64,000 nucleotides of DNA from Bacteroidia bacterium (GTDB lineage: Bacteria > Bacteroidota > Bacteroidia > Cytophagales > Flammeovirgaceae), in contig JAUIAB010000003.1 of NCBI GenBank assembly GCA_030425505.1, positions 1 to 64,000 of the forward strand, read 5' to 3'. How positions within the stretch are numbered: position 1 is the first letter of the stretch; every line of letters starts with the position of its first letter. Under the pieces are notes generated by a model. That model did no database searches. It was given only the letters and a program-made list of their open reading frames with translations, and was not told the DNA's origin. Shown here one piece after another: positions 39,397-48,830 of this stretch. A program made the translations under genes and the position numbers.

Positions 39397-40740
39397 ATGT
39401 CCATTAAGTTTTCAAATATCTCGATTTCTTTTTTACTAATTGCTCTGCTTTCTTTTAACCTTAGTAGAGCTCAAGAAACGATTTCTCTTTCTGAAGCAAT
39501 ATCTACTTCTCTGAAAAATAATTTTGATATAAAAATTCAAGAGTTATCAAAGGAAGTTGCACAAAGAAATAATTCCTGGGGGCAAGCTGGCAGATTCCCT
39601 TCCATTAATTTTTCACTCGCGCAAAATAATAGCTTGAGAGATGTTAATAACCCTGCAGCTTTTTTGCAGGGAGTCACTACATCTAGAAATATTTCTCCTT
39701 CAGTGAGCCTTAACTGGATACTTTTTGATGGTTTTAGAGTAAATATCTCTAAAGAAAGATTAGAAAACATTCAGATAGAAACAGAAGGAAATGCTGAAAT
39801 AGTGGTTCAAAACACACTTCAGGCTGTCATTCTAGGATATTATCAGGTTCTTTTAGAAAAAGATAGGCTTGGGGTGTTCAAACAAGTTCTAGATCTTTCC
39901 AGAGATAGGTATAACTACCTCAAACTTAAAAGAGAGATCGGTAGTGCTGTTACAGCTGATGTTTTGATCGAAAAAGAGAGCTATCTGGCTGATTCAGCAA
40001 GCTTTCTGACTCAAGAGGTTAATTTGAAAAACGCTATTAGGAATCTCAATTTTTTATTAACGAATGAAGAAATAGATAAAGAGTACATTTTTTCAGACTC
40101 TTTAAATCAAAATTTCAAGGTATATCAATTTAGTGATTTGGCTGATAAAATGTACTCTTCAAATGCTAACCTGAAAAAAGAATACATCACTCAGAAGATT
40201 TTAGACAATGACGTAAGACTTGCCAAAGCAGATATATACCCTCGTTTATCTATAGATGCTTTCTATTCATATACAAGTGATAGGTTAAATCTCGAAAGAG
40301 CTAATATTTCTGTAGAAAATCCAATAATTAGTGCTCAAACATCTAACGCTGGTATAAACTTTACTCTTTCCTTTACATTATTTAATGGTGGAAGAATAAA
40401 AAGAGCTATTAAAAATACTATAGCCCAACATCAGATTGGTTCTGTAAAAGTAGATCAGATGAAACTACAACTTACTAGAGACTTAAAGTTTGCCTATGAT
40501 CTATACACCACAAGAGTTAAGCTGAATGGAATAGCTAAAGAAAGAGAAGATGCTTCCAAAGTTAACTTGACTATTTTTAATGAGCGTTTTAAAACGGGAG
40601 TTGTTAATTCTTTTGATTTCAGAGATGTCCAAATGAGATACCTACAATCCGCGTTAGCTCGCCTTCAAGCTACCTATGATCTTATAGAAGCTGATGTATC
40701 TATTCTCAGATTAACCGGAGGTATTGTAGATTACAATTAA
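39397..40740 (+). CDS. TolC-family outer-membrane efflux protein
   Basis: 447 aa with a signal peptide and two OEP repeats. It directly follows the RND permease gene. Confidence 0.85.
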   Translation: MSIKFSNISISFLLIALLSFNLSRAQETISLSEAISTSLKNNFDIKIQELSKEVAQRNNSWGQAGRFPSINFSLAQNNSLRDVNNPAAFLQGVTTSRNISPSVSLNWILFDGFRVNISKERLENIQIETEGNAEIVVQNTLQAVILGYYQVLLEKDRLGVFKQVLDLSRDRYNYLKLKREIGSAVTADVLIEKESYLADSASFLTQEVNLKNAIRNLNFLLTNEEIDKEYIFSDSLNQNFKVYQFSDLADKMYSSNANLKKEYITQKILDNDVRLAKADIYPRLSIDAFYSYTSDRLNLERANISVENPIISAQTSNAGINFTLSFTLFNGGRIKRAIKNTIAQHQIGSVKVDQMKLQLTRDLKFAYDLYTTRVKLNGIAKEREDASKVNLTIFNERFKTGVVNSFDFRDVQMRYLQSALARLQATYDLIEADVSILRLTGGIVDYN

Positions 40741-40773
40741 GTCAAATTTAAGATTACGGGTTAAATTTAGAAA

Positions 40774-41112
40774 TTACATCAAAGGCATTACTTCATGTAG
40801 CTCTATTTCACATGCATCATTCCATCCAGAAAGATGAGGATGCCCTTCTAATAGTTTTTTTGCATGATCCATATCATCAGCTTGAAGGATAGAATATCCA
40901 CAAACTTGTCGACCACTATTACTAACTTCTCCTTTTACATTAAGGCTTTGGCCTTCTCCAAGAGGTGAGCCAAGGTCTACCAAGTGATCTCCACATTTTT
41001 GCGCCCACTGCATCCACATCTCCATTCCTTTTTGTGCATCATCAGAAGATATATTTTCCATTTGAGACATTGCCTCTACTGGCGCATGATAGGTTATTAA
41101 ATATTTTTTCAT
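40774..41112 (-). CDS. Hypothetical small protein
   Basis: 112-aa ORF with no recognisable motif (possibly YciI/Dabb-like; weak). Confidence 0.4.
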   Translation of the reverse strand: MKKYLITYHAPVEAMSQMENISSDDAQKGMEMWMQWAQKCGDHLVDLGSPLGEGQSLNVKGEVSNSGRQVCGYSILQADDMDHAKKLLEGHPHLSGWNDACEIELHEVMPLM

Positions 41113-41135
41113 ACTACTTTTTTATAAACTCTAAT

Positions 41136-41537
41136 CTATAAAGTTTTTTTAAACTTTTCCAGCATTTCCTTGTACTCAACTATTTCAAATTCAAATACTG
41201 GTATTTTATCTAACCATTTTACGCTAGATCCAACTTTATTAGTCTCTGTTTCTGCTGTATTGTCTACTCCTACCCTATTCCATAGTATTGAATTTCCTTT
41301 ATTTTCTATTTCTGCAATCAGCAAAGTACAAGAAAAGTCGCAATCGTCCGGGCACATCAGTATGGGGCACTTTAGAGAGTCTCCCTTCTTAGGAAAAATT
41401 CTACTCCACACTATTAACCTCTCTTTTTCATCTTCAAGCCAATTCAATAAGGTTGGGACAAGACCTCCATAAAACTGATTTGGGTAAAGCTCATCAACTA
41501 TCTCATCTAGCCATTTACCATCTACCTGAAAATTCAA
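41136..41537 (-). CDS. Hypothetical small protein with Cys cluster
   Basis: 133-aa ORF. The CPILMCPDDCDFSC motif suggests a possible metal-binding or Imm-like protein. Confidence 0.4.
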   Translation of the reverse strand: MNFQVDGKWLDEIVDELYPNQFYGGLVPTLLNWLEDEKERLIVWSRIFPKKGDSLKCPILMCPDDCDFSCTLLIAEIENKGNSILWNRVGVDNTAETETNKVGSSVKWLDKIPVFEFEIVEYKEMLEKFKKTL

Positions 41538-41728
41538 ATAGTCATGATAGTTGTCGTAATCACTAGTATCTAATATAGCTTTTATTGAATTGATATATAC
41601 TTCTTAGAATGGTTTATACTTAGCTTTTATCCTCTAACCTGTAGTTAGTTCATGAGGAAGTCGTTCACTTTAGATCAAATAATCAGCTAATTACTCGTTC
41701 CCATTCAATAAGTCCCGAATTATTCGGG

Positions 41729-42178
41729 CTAAATTGGTTTAACCCAAAGCAAGTGCTTCCACTTTTCTTTCTCTTTCAATACAAGAGCAATATTAATCAC
41801 CAGCAATGCCCCAGTTAGAAACAGCTCTCCTATCTCATCAGGCTCTAAAAATGCATGAATTAAAAATATGTGCAACGTTATTGGAAGAAGAAAAATAGCT
41901 CCAAAAAAACTAGTACCCTGGATAAGAATCATTAAGCCAAATAGTAATTCGCAAATGCCTAATACTTGCCAAAAGTAGCCAGTTTGCATTAGCCCATTTA
42001 TATACAGAGTTTTTTGTAACTTTTTTGTACTTTCTGTTGGGCTTACTTTTTCTATTTTTTCCACAACTTCTTGAGATGAAGGGAGAGACATGGCAAACTT
42101 ATTTACACCTGCATAAACCATCATTCCTCCTAAAAATAAGCGCAGTAATATAAATAGTATGTTAATAGACTTCTTCAT
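41729..42178 (-). CDS. DoxX-family membrane protein
   Basis: 149 aa. RLFLGGMMVYAGVNKF is the DoxX N-terminal signature. 4 TM helices. Confidence 0.7.
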   Translation of the reverse strand: MKKSINILFILLRLFLGGMMVYAGVNKFAMSLPSSQEVVEKIEKVSPTESTKKLQKTLYINGLMQTGYFWQVLGICELLFGLMILIQGTSFFGAIFLLPITLHIFLIHAFLEPDEIGELFLTGALLVINIALVLKEKEKWKHLLWVKPI

Positions 42179-42263
42179 ATTTAAAAAAATACTTATTCGG
42201 TGATTTGATAGATAAATATAATTTAACTGCTCCTAACTTGTAAACTAAAAATAGTTAAAATTT

Positions 42264-43214
42264 TCATGAAGCTTTTTCCATCCTTTGGTTATACTCTGGC
42301 TCTAAAATACTGGTTTTCAAATCCTTTTTGGTTTTATTCTTCATTTTAGCAATATCTTCTTTGTGCTTATCTACAGGGCTTCCAAACAATATATTCCATA
42401 CTTCTTTAGGAGATCTAGCTTTTCCAAGATCTTTAAAAACTTCCAGCCACTCGTGAAAAACTAAGTAGATCGGATTATATGAATTTACTGGCTTTGTAAT
42501 CCCGTACCTTGTTTTCTCATCTTCAGGTTGAAAAGTACCAAATATTCTATCCCAAAAGATAAAAGTAGAGCCATAATTTTTATCTATAAATCGCTCATTA
42601 ACAGAGTGGTGCACCCTATGATGCGATGGCGTAGTAAAAATAAACTCAATAGGCTTTGGCAACTTCCTAATTAACTCTGTATGAATCCAGAATTGATATA
42701 AAACTTCAATTTGATGAACTATGAAAAACACTAGTGGATGAAAACCCATCAGTATAACAGGGAGGAAAAATATTATTTTTAGGTTTTGAGTCCATGAAAG
42801 TCGAAAAGAAACGGATAAGTTATAATGCTCAGAAGAATGATGTACCACATGAGTAGACCACCAAAATCTTTGCTCATGAGCTATTCTATGCGCCCAGTAC
42901 CTACAAAAATCTAATACGACTAAGCACAATACATATGACCACCAGGTATGTGGAATATGCAATGGTGTTAAATTATAGAAAAAAAGAAATACCATAAACA
43001 TTCCCACCTTCATCAGTCCATTAAGGACTAAATTCCCTAAGCCAATAGAAAGTGAGGCAAAAAAATCTTTTCCGCTATATAAATTTTTATACCTTTTTCT
43101 CCCTAATAAAAATTCTAAAAGGACAAAAGAAAACATAATTGGGGCTGCAAACCATATTACAGTAGTAAAATCAAGGTTTGTAATATCTTCTAAGGCTAGT
43201 GTTCTTTTTTGCAT
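42264..43214 (-). CDS. Fatty-acid hydroxylase / sterol desaturase superfamily membrane di-iron enzyme
   Basis: 316 aa with histidine boxes HRIAHEQRFWWSTHVVHHS and HHRVHHS and multiple TM helices. Confidence 0.8.
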   Translation of the reverse strand: MQKRTLALEDITNLDFTTVIWFAAPIMFSFVLLEFLLGRKRYKNLYSGKDFFASLSIGLGNLVLNGLMKVGMFMVFLFFYNLTPLHIPHTWWSYVLCLVVLDFCRYWAHRIAHEQRFWWSTHVVHHSSEHYNLSVSFRLSWTQNLKIIFFLPVILMGFHPLVFFIVHQIEVLYQFWIHTELIRKLPKPIEFIFTTPSHHRVHHSVNERFIDKNYGSTFIFWDRIFGTFQPEDEKTRYGITKPVNSYNPIYLVFHEWLEVFKDLGKARSPKEVWNILFGSPVDKHKEDIAKMKNKTKKDLKTSILEPEYNQRMEKAS

Positions 43215-43388
43215 TAATAATGGAGGTTTCTTTTGCTGCTCTAAATAAAAAATTAAATTCTATTATGTAATTTCAAGCTCTTAAATATTAAGACTGGTTC
43301 TTAAAAATCGACTTAACAAACACCAAGGTAACAATAAATATTTACTCTAAACTTATTGCAGGCACTTCTTTTTCAAGAAGTTTTAAAG

Positions 43389-43760
43389 TCAAACGTGCTG
43401 ATCCAAAAGAATAGGATTTCCATCAGGATCAACAATAACAAAACTTGCAGGACCTTTTGTGTTTTCATCTATTTTTTTTTCTATAGCAACGCCCTCTTTT
43501 TTTAATTGCTTTTGAATTTCTCTTACATCTTCAAATGAATCTAGTGGACTTGCATTTTCATCCCATCCAGGATTGAAAGTAAGAATATTTTTCTCAAACA
43601 TCCCTTGAAACAAGCCTATTATAGTGGTATCATTTTTCATGATAAGCCAATTCTGCTTTATATCTCCCCCAAGTTCAGAAAAACCTAACTTTTCATAAAA
43701 TGCTTTGGAAGCATGTATGTCTTTTACATTGAGGCTAATAGAAAATGTTCCTAACTTCAT
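43389..43760 (-). CDS. VOC (glyoxalase/bleomycin-resistance fold) family protein
   Basis: 123 aa with the VOC fold pattern (MKLGTFSISLNVKDIHASKAFYEKLGF...IVDPDGNPILL). Confidence 0.6.
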   Translation of the reverse strand: MKLGTFSISLNVKDIHASKAFYEKLGFSELGGDIKQNWLIMKNDTTIIGLFQGMFEKNILTFNPGWDENASPLDSFEDVREIQKQLKKEGVAIEKKIDENTKGPASFVIVDPDGNPILLDQHV

Positions 43761-43985
43761 ATTGATACTCTAATTTTAGTTCATAAATATAAGAGTATGC
43801 AAGTGGTTTTTCTAATTTCATTCAAATTCTGAAAAAAGAATAAACATCTCTATTTAGCTCCTTTTTGATCCCTGTAAAACTACGATAACCCAAATTCTAT
43901 TCGATTTCGCCACATAAAAACCTGATTTATTTTACTTATCGCAACTTAAGATCTAAATTCGTGTAGATTATAGAAAAAGTGTAGC

Positions 43986-44966
43986 ATGAGCAGCACCTTA
44001 TCGTTTATAAAAAGGCCCATAGAAGCAGAGTTAAAAATTTTTGAAAAAAAGTTTAGGGACTCTATGAAAAGCGATGTGCCTTTACTTGATAATATTACTC
44101 GCTACATTATAAAAAGAAAGGGGAAGCAAATGCGACCTATATTAGTCTTTTTATCTGCTAGGCTATGCTCTGAAACTGTAAATGATTCAACGTATAGGGG
44201 TGCTTCCTTAATAGAGCTCTTACATACTGCTACTCTTGTTCATGATGACGTTGTTGATGATGCCTACTATAGGAGAAGTTTTTTTTCCATTAATGCACTG
44301 TGGAAAAATAAAGCCGCCGTATTAGTTGGAGATTACCTACTATCCCAAGGCTTACTCTTAGCTACAGATAATGAAGACTTTAGCCTACTAAAGATAGTTT
44401 CGAATGCTGTAAGAGAAATGAGTGAAGGGGAGCTGCTACAAATGGAAAAGTCTAGGCTATTAAACATAACAGAAGAAGATTATTTTAAAATAATCCGACA
44501 AAAAACAGCTACTCTTATATCTGCTTGCTGCGAAGTAGGTGCCTGCTCTGTTAATGCTCCTAAAGAACTTCAGACTAAAATGGCTCAATTTGGAGAAAAA
44601 ATAGGTCTAGCTTTTCAAATCAAAGATGATTTATTTGATTATACAGACAACTCTAAAATTGGCAAGCCAGTTGGAATTGATATTAAAGAAAAAAAATTAA
44701 CCCTCCCGTTAATTTATTCTTTAAATAAAGCTCAAAAATCAGAAAGAAAAAAAGTCATACATACCATAAAAAACGAGAGTCATAAAAAAAGTAACGTTCA
44801 ATGGGTAATTGACTTTGTAAAAGAATCTGGAGGAGATAATTATGCTATTCAAAAAATTCAGGAACTACTTAGTGAAGCAAAAAATTTGTTGAATGGAATA
44901 AAGCAAAATGAAATTCAACCTTCTCTAATGAGCCTTGTAGACTTTATTGCTACAAGAAATAAATAA
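43986..44966 (+). CDS. ispB: Polyprenyl diphosphate synthase (octaprenyl/solanesyl-PP synthase, IspB-like)
   Basis: 326 aa with FARM LVHDDVVDDA and SARM IKDDLFDY aspartate-rich motifs. Confidence 0.85.
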   Translation: MSSTLSFIKRPIEAELKIFEKKFRDSMKSDVPLLDNITRYIIKRKGKQMRPILVFLSARLCSETVNDSTYRGASLIELLHTATLVHDDVVDDAYYRRSFFSINALWKNKAAVLVGDYLLSQGLLLATDNEDFSLLKIVSNAVREMSEGELLQMEKSRLLNITEEDYFKIIRQKTATLISACCEVGACSVNAPKELQTKMAQFGEKIGLAFQIKDDLFDYTDNSKIGKPVGIDIKEKKLTLPLIYSLNKAQKSERKKVIHTIKNESHKKSNVQWVIDFVKESGGDNYAIQKIQELLSEAKNLLNGIKQNEIQPSLMSLVDFIATRNK

Positions 44967-45960
44967 TTTTTTATACCTTAATGCGATTTTTACGTTGTTA
45001 ATGAAGAGTAATAGAAATATCTTTATGAAGATCAGAAAAATCATATTTATTTTATTGACTATACCCATATATGCTAGTGGACAAATAGAATATTACAAGG
45101 TTCGAAATAATAGATTTGATTTAGGCAATTTTTTATCTTCTAGTGCCGGTGCTAAAATAATTAAACAAAGTCAAACAGGCATTGATAATAAAGCTTGTAC
45201 CAACCTGATCGACAATACGCAAAACGTAAATGGAGTATGGAAGGTTAAAAACCAGAACTTTATGGGTAGTAATGCTTTCCCCCACTGGTTTGTCATAGAA
45301 CTACCAAAGCCAGCTTTTCTTACAACCATGGCAATCAACACAGGAAAAGTATCTGAAAAGAAACAAAGTGGAATCACTGCAAAGTCTATTTCTATTGAAA
45401 TTTCCAACACAAGTCCATCTTCTGGGTTTAAACAAGTATCATTTCAGAGACTAAAAAAGTATAAAGACAATCAGGTTTTTTCTCTTGAAGCTGACTCTGC
45501 AAGATGGATAAAAGTTAGTATTCTTGATAATTGGGGGTGTAATAACTTTACTGAAATAGGTAGGTTTTATGGCTATAATGACACTAAAGTTGAATTATTA
45601 GAAGAAGCTCTTCTTAAAAATAAAAAAGTAGATGTTCACGATATACACTTCAAATCTAACTCTGCACTACTTGAAAGCAATAGCCTCCCTGTAGTTGAAA
45701 TGATGGTTGATATTTTGTTACGAAATAAAAGCTTCAAAATCTTAGTAGAAGGGCATACAGACAGCGATGGAAAACCTTCCTCCAATTTAGACTTATCAAA
45801 AGATAGAGCCGAAAGTGTAATGAACTATTTAGTTAAACTTGGCATCTCAAAATCGAGGCTTAGCTCTGCTGGCTATGGAGAAAGCCAACCAATAGCCTCT
45901 AACTCAAGCGAAGCTGGAAAAGCAGTAAATAGAAGAGTGACTTTCAAAGTAATCAACTAA
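44947..45960 (+). CDS. OmpA-family protein: N-terminal discoidin (F5/8 type C)-like domain plus C-terminal OmpA peptidoglycan-binding domain
   Basis: 337 aa. The C-terminus FKILVEGHTDSDGKPSSNLDLSKDRAESVMNYLVKLGISKSRLSSAGYGESQPIASNSSEAGKAVNRRVTFKV is a canonical OmpA_C. The middle region is discoidin-like. Confidence 0.75.
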   Translation: MLQEINNFLYLNAIFTLLMKSNRNIFMKIRKIIFILLTIPIYASGQIEYYKVRNNRFDLGNFLSSSAGAKIIKQSQTGIDNKACTNLIDNTQNVNGVWKVKNQNFMGSNAFPHWFVIELPKPAFLTTMAINTGKVSEKKQSGITAKSISIEISNTSPSSGFKQVSFQRLKKYKDNQVFSLEADSARWIKVSILDNWGCNNFTEIGRFYGYNDTKVELLEEALLKNKKVDVHDIHFKSNSALLESNSLPVVEMMVDILLRNKSFKILVEGHTDSDGKPSSNLDLSKDRAESVMNYLVKLGISKSRLSSAGYGESQPIASNSSEAGKAVNRRVTFKVIN

Positions 45961-46771
45961 CTTTTTTTCTCATTGAATACGCCAAAAGAATACATCCCCC
46001 AATAAATAATGGTATACTTAAAATCTGACCCATATTTAGTGGTAAAGTAGATTCAAAATCAACCTGATTTTCTTTTAAAAACTCATAGAAAAACCGAAGC
46101 CCAAAAATCCATATCAAGAATATTCCCAATAAACTTCCTTGCGGTGTTTTTTCTTTTTTTGTTTTGACAACAAACCAAAGGATAAAAAATAAAATCAAAG
46201 ATGAAATCGACTCATAAAGCTGGGCTGGATGCCTTGGTTGAAAATCAACTCTTTCAAAAATAACACCCCAAGGTAAATCTGTCGGTATTCCTAAAATTTC
46301 CGAATTCATAAAGTTACCAAGTCGAATAAAAAAACCTGCCAATGCTACTACAACAACTACTTTATCAATAACCCAAAGAAAGGATTGGTCCGCTTTTTTT
46401 CTAGAATATATCCATGCCCCTAAAAGAATCCCTATTGCAGCTCCATGGCTTGCTAAGCCCCCTTGATGTATCCATAGTATGCGTATTGGCTTTTCTAAAT
46501 AATACTCTGGCTGATAGAATAAGCAGTGTCCCAACCTCGCCCCTACCACCGTGGCAATTATCATATAAATGGTTAATGTATCTACATCAGACTTTGGCTT
46601 TCCTTCCATAGAATACATCTTATACATTAGCTGCTGACCTACCAAAAATGCTGATGCAAACAGTAATCCATACCAGCGGACTGTTATTGGACCAATGCTA
46701 AATATTTCTGGGCTAACGTTCCAATTTATTGAAGATAAAAACTCTATCATTTTTTTGTAAATATTTGACAA
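45953..46771 (-). CDS. lgt: Prolipoprotein diacylglyceryl transferase
   Basis: 272 aa. The N-terminus FSIGPITVRWYGLLFASAFLVG and the H103/Y235-type conserved blocks are Lgt-like. Confidence 0.85.
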   Translation of the reverse strand: MSNIYKKMIEFLSSINWNVSPEIFSIGPITVRWYGLLFASAFLVGQQLMYKMYSMEGKPKSDVDTLTIYMIIATVVGARLGHCLFYQPEYYLEKPIRILWIHQGGLASHGAAIGILLGAWIYSRKKADQSFLWVIDKVVVVVALAGFFIRLGNFMNSEILGIPTDLPWGVIFERVDFQPRHPAQLYESISSLILFFILWFVVKTKKEKTPQGSLLGIFLIWIFGLRFFYEFLKENQVDFESTLPLNMGQILSIPLFIGGCILLAYSMRKKVS

Positions 46772-46792
46772 CCAAAACTAATAAAAAACAAC

Positions 46793-47617
46793 TCAAACAA
46801 ATGGAATTAATCCTATTCCAAAAAGCATAATTATTTTCAAAAAACCACTTAGCTTCTTATACTCTTTTTTAGTATCTGCCCAATATAAACAGTAAAGAAA
46901 GTAAATAGTCAGTGTTGAAATTAAGAATAAAGAAACTGCTATCTTCCAGTCATAAAGAAAAGCGCCAAATACAACTATACTAATGAGGAAAAAATGTGTA
47001 ACTATAAATATTAATACTTTTGTTTTCCTTATTCCAAACCTTCCAGGATAGGTTTTACAGCCAAACTGAAGATCTCCTTTGAGATCTTCTATGTCTTTAA
47101 CTAATTCTCGTATAAGTGTAGATAAAAAAGCAAACGAAATAAAAAAGTAAACTTCTTTACTGTAATTAGGAAAAATAATTATAACAGTAACAAAACTTAA
47201 AGTTGCAACTAAAGCAACAGTTATATTACCTAGCAAAGGTGTGCATTTCAAATATTTTGAGTATATCCATAGAATATTAGTTGTAAAAAATAACAAAACT
47301 CCTAGCCAAACTGAAAGGTAAAAACCAATTGCTACACCTAGTACGCTAAAAGTCAGATGGCTCAACAAAACCTTTCTTCTACTCATTTGCTTCCCAACCA
47401 CGACTTTTCCAGGTTTATTAATAAGATCAATCTTAACATCAAAATAATCATTTATTATGTATCCCGCAGCAGCAACAAGGAAGCAAGAAAATAATAATAG
47501 AGAAGATAAGATAAAAGCTTCTTTGTGCTTAGTACTGGTAAGATAAAAAACAGAAAGAAGCTGCGTAAGACTTAAAATAACGAGGTTTTTAAACCGTATT
47601 AACCTAAAGAAACCCAA
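46793..47617 (-). CDS. UbiA-family prenyltransferase
   Basis: 274 aa with the NDYFDVKID motif (N-D-x-x-D-x-x-x-D) and 8-9 TM helices. Confidence 0.7.
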   Translation of the reverse strand: MGFFRLIRFKNLVILSLTQLLSVFYLTSTKHKEAFILSSLLLFSCFLVAAAGYIINDYFDVKIDLINKPGKVVVGKQMSRRKVLLSHLTFSVLGVAIGFYLSVWLGVLLFFTTNILWIYSKYLKCTPLLGNITVALVATLSFVTVIIIFPNYSKEVYFFISFAFLSTLIRELVKDIEDLKGDLQFGCKTYPGRFGIRKTKVLIFIVTHFFLISIVVFGAFLYDWKIAVSLFLISTLTIYFLYCLYWADTKKEYKKLSGFLKIIMLFGIGLIPFV

Positions 47618-47703
47618 CTATGACTACTATATTATTGAATACATATAAGTACACTTAAACGAATGAGTAATTTTCTATTTTTATGCTTTTACTTATTTAT
47701 TAT

Positions 47704-48828
47704 TTAATCAAGTAACTCTTCCAACTTTTTCATCAATGCTTCTCCTCTGAGGTTTTTTTCAATAATTACACCTTCAGGGTCAAGCAAAAACGACATAGGT
47801 ATAGCAGACACATTATAATCTTTTGCCGCCTGAGATTTCCAAAATTTCAAATCCGAAACATGAACCCATGGCAAACCATCGTCTTTAATTGCATTTAGCC
47901 AACTGTCTCTATCTCTATCCAAGGAAACCCCATAAATTTCAAAACCCTTGTCTTTAAACTTTTGATACGCTTTCTTCAAATATGGGTTTTCCTGACGACA
48001 CGGAGTGCACCATGATGCCCAAAAGTCAATCAAAACAAAATCTCCTTTAAGAGAAGATAAAGCAATAGGTTTTTCACCTGCATTAGGCAGCATTATTTCT
48101 GGAGCTTTTGAACCAATTGCAGTAGCTTTTTCTAACTCTATATTATCTTCTATCTGTTGTATTAGTGGCGAATCACCATATCTTAATTTAGCCTGCTCCA
48201 CGAGATCTTCAAACAAAGAAAGGTGATCAGAAACTCTAAGCATGGAAGAAGAAATAATCAAGCTAGCCAAAGATCCTTTCTTTTCTAATGAGAAAGCCTT
48301 TACTTTTTCCTCCTGCCTTTTTCTAAAATCATTAACTAATTCATTTGTCTTACCTTTATTATCGGGATTTGACAAGGCCGCAGTAAGTTGACTTGCTTCT
48401 TGTTGAAAAGCCTTTTTTAAGCTATCAAAGCTTTCCAGGTACTCTTGTTCTTTAGAGGAAGTAATTTCAAAAATACCGCTAGGGTCTTTACCATCCACTT
48501 TGATTCTCACATCACTTCCATCCAAGATTAAAAGCTTTTCTTGAAGGTTATATACACTCAGAAGATATAAACCAGGAGATTCAAGCTTAATTTTTTTTAA
48601 AAAACTTCCTCCCTGATCCGTTGAAATATCAGCAAAACCTACCCTACCCTCGTTTGTTATTTTAAAAAGCTTAATGTCTGCTTTTTGAGGATTTAATACT
48701 TGCCCTGAAATACTTAGGGTCTTGGGGTAATTGAAAGAAGCACTTTCCTCATTCTTGCTATTGCAAGCAAAAAGTACTGCCAGCAAAATCATTAAAATAC
48801 TATTGGCTATGTAATGGCTTGAACGCAT
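47704..48828 (-). CDS. TlpA/ResA-like thiol:disulfide oxidoreductase (thioredoxin fold) with N-terminal lipoprotein domain
   Basis: 374 aa. Active site FWASWCTPCRQE (W-C-x-x-C). Confidence 0.8.
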   Translation of the reverse strand: MRSSHYIANSILMILLAVLFACNSKNEESASFNYPKTLSISGQVLNPQKADIKLFKITNEGRVGFADISTDQGGSFLKKIKLESPGLYLLSVYNLQEKLLILDGSDVRIKVDGKDPSGIFEITSSKEQEYLESFDSLKKAFQQEASQLTAALSNPDNKGKTNELVNDFRKRQEEKVKAFSLEKKGSLASLIISSSMLRVSDHLSLFEDLVEQAKLRYGDSPLIQQIEDNIELEKATAIGSKAPEIMLPNAGEKPIALSSLKGDFVLIDFWASWCTPCRQENPYLKKAYQKFKDKGFEIYGVSLDRDRDSWLNAIKDDGLPWVHVSDLKFWKSQAAKDYNVSAIPMSFLLDPEGVIIEKNLRGEALMKKLEELLD

Positions 48829-48830
48829 AT

